Shown here piece by piece: positions 62,638 to 64,000 of a DNA stretch of 64,000 nucleotides. Made by a program: the position numbers and the translations under genes. Source of the stretch: Nitrospirota bacterium (GTDB taxonomy: Bacteria > Nitrospirota > UBA9217); contig CAWJQQ010000001.1 of assembly GCA_963845065.1 (NCBI GenBank), positions 1,258,057 to 1,322,056 on the forward strand, read 5' to 3'. Below the pieces are notes generated by a model, which was not told where the DNA came from, searched no databases, and saw nothing but the letters and a program-made list of their open reading frames with translations. Each line of letters begins with the position of its first letter. The first letter of the stretch is position 1.

Positions 62638-63760
62638 TTGGTGGTAAAAGTGATACCAGTTAACGAACCCCTGCTCGACGGCAACGAACTTAGTTACGTA
62701 TCGGAATGTGTTGAGGGGGGATGGATCTCTTCTGAAGGTCCGTTTGTTGAGCGCTTTGAGCGCAGCATGGCGTCATATGTCGGCCGTCGACATGGAATTG
62801 CGGTAGCAAATGGTAGCGCTGCTTTGGATGTGGCTGTGGCTGCATTGGGCATCGGATCAGGCGATGAGGTAATTCTGCCTACTCACACAATTATATCGTG
62901 TGCGGCTGCGGTAGTGCGTGCGGGGGCGCATCCGGTGTTGGTCGATTCCGACCCCACGACTTGGAATATGGATATATGCCAGATCGAATCGGCTATTACG
63001 TCACGCACGCGAGCGATTATGGCGGTGCACATCTTCGGTTTGCCAGTTGAGATGGATCCCGTGCTAGAAGTTGCAAGACGTCACGGATTGTTTGTGATCG
63101 AAGATGCAGCTCAGATGATTGGTCAAACCTACAAAGGTTGTCCCTGCGGAGGATTCGGTGATATTTCTACTTTCAGCTTTTACCCCAATAAACACATCAC
63201 CACTGGTGAAGGCGGCATGGTGCTGTGCAATGACCACCAGTTAGCAGAGAACGCTCGTTCCTTCCGCAATCTATGCTTTCAGCCGAAAAGACGCTTTGTA
63301 CACGAGGAACTCTGATGGAATTATCGCATGAGCAACCTTCAAGCTGCGCTTGGTGTCGCTCAACTGGAGACGCTCCCAAGCATCTTAAACTAAAGAGAGA
63401 GATTGGACTGAGGTACAGGGGACTTTTGAAAGATATTGATCGTTTAATTTTGCCTCCCGAAGATAAACCCTATGCTGAAAATCTCTATTGGGTATTTGGT
63501 TGTATTTAGATGATTCAGTACCATTTGATGCTGAAGAAGCCATGAAACGCTTAAGTGCGCTAGGAATCGGTACACGACCGTTCTTTTGGCCTATGCATGA
63601 ACAGCCGGTATTTTTAAAGAGAGGGTGGTTCGTGAGGGCTAAATACCCCCACGCTGAACGAATGGCCAGACGAGGATTTTATCTCCCAAGTGGGCTAGGG
63701 ATTACAACGGAAAAGCAGATTTGTGTAGTGGAAGCCGTACGTCAGCTGATGCGGAGGTAA
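62638..63760 (+). pseudogene. DegT/perosamine synthase-type aminotransferase with a nonsense codon and two frameshifts
   Basis: WISSEG, EDAAQ, SFYPNKHITTGEGG; HEEL*WNYRM (TGA 63313-63315); frame changes near 63380 and 63500; GFYLPSG. Confidence 0.88.
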
Positions 63761-63763
63761 TAT

Positions 63764-64000
63764 ATGCAGGTCTTTAATCATTACTCCCGATATTACGATC
63801 TTTTGTACCAGGATAAGGATTATAAGAGTGAAGCCGAGTTCGGTTCATACTGGCTGAACAGACAAGGTGTAGCTTCTGGCACAATTCTGGAACTTGGTTG
63901 CGGCACAGGGCGGCATGCGCTTGAATTCGCTCGGCTCGGCTACAACTTGCATGGGGTGGATCAAAGTATAACGATGATAGAACAGGCTTGCAAACGTATC
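63764..64000 (+). CDS. Class I SAM methyltransferase, 3'-partial
   Basis: GGAGG RBS; YYDLLYQDKDY, ILELGCGTGRHA, GVDQS; open to the window end. Confidence 0.88.
   Translation, partial: MQVFNHYSRYYDLLYQDKDYKSEAEFGSYWLNRQGVASGTILELGCGTGRHALEFARLGYNLHGVDQSITMIEQACKRI

Noticed and set aside
63313..63315. Selenocysteine or TGA=Gly readthrough in the aminotransferase
   Set aside because: The position is Gly in the family, TGA ends many genes in the window, and two frameshifts follow

Overview
Bacterial chromosomal window, probably from a Gram-negative (micro)aerobic or anaerobic lineage such as Nitrospirota or Desulfobacterota (inferred from gene content only). About 1-23 kb is mostly intact core: RsbW/STAS + mlaEFD, hisS, phosphoesterase, phosphohexomutase, eno, rfaE2, an Rrf2-led cbb3 oxidase cluster (ccoNOQP-G-S, with ccoQ and ccoS missing from the ORF track), TetR plus an RND remnant, and an mqnA-CDF-prenyl kinase-TolC-SRPBCC-MacAB-type run. 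About 23-45 kb is accessory: a second TolC, a small IS200/IS605-like hairpin element, a sigma54-preceded His-rich protein, Spy/CpxP, TPR, tesA-ybbPA, REC-PilZ, pilT-like + DUF4388, recD2 and many decayed fragments (ADH, TA pair, IS256, IS3, attC-like sites). At 45.5-47.3 kb a tRNA-Leu(TAA) 3' half flanked on both sides by identical 15-bp repeats, next to a dead tyrosine integrase, forms an attP-like junction split by an intact IS4. To its right lie VapBC, cassette-like genes, a group II intron with a non-canonical 5' end, an IS3 element and a lesion-riddled sulfated/methylated glycan locus running off the window. No CRISPR array, rRNA or complete tRNA was seen. All family calls come from motif recognition, not database searches.
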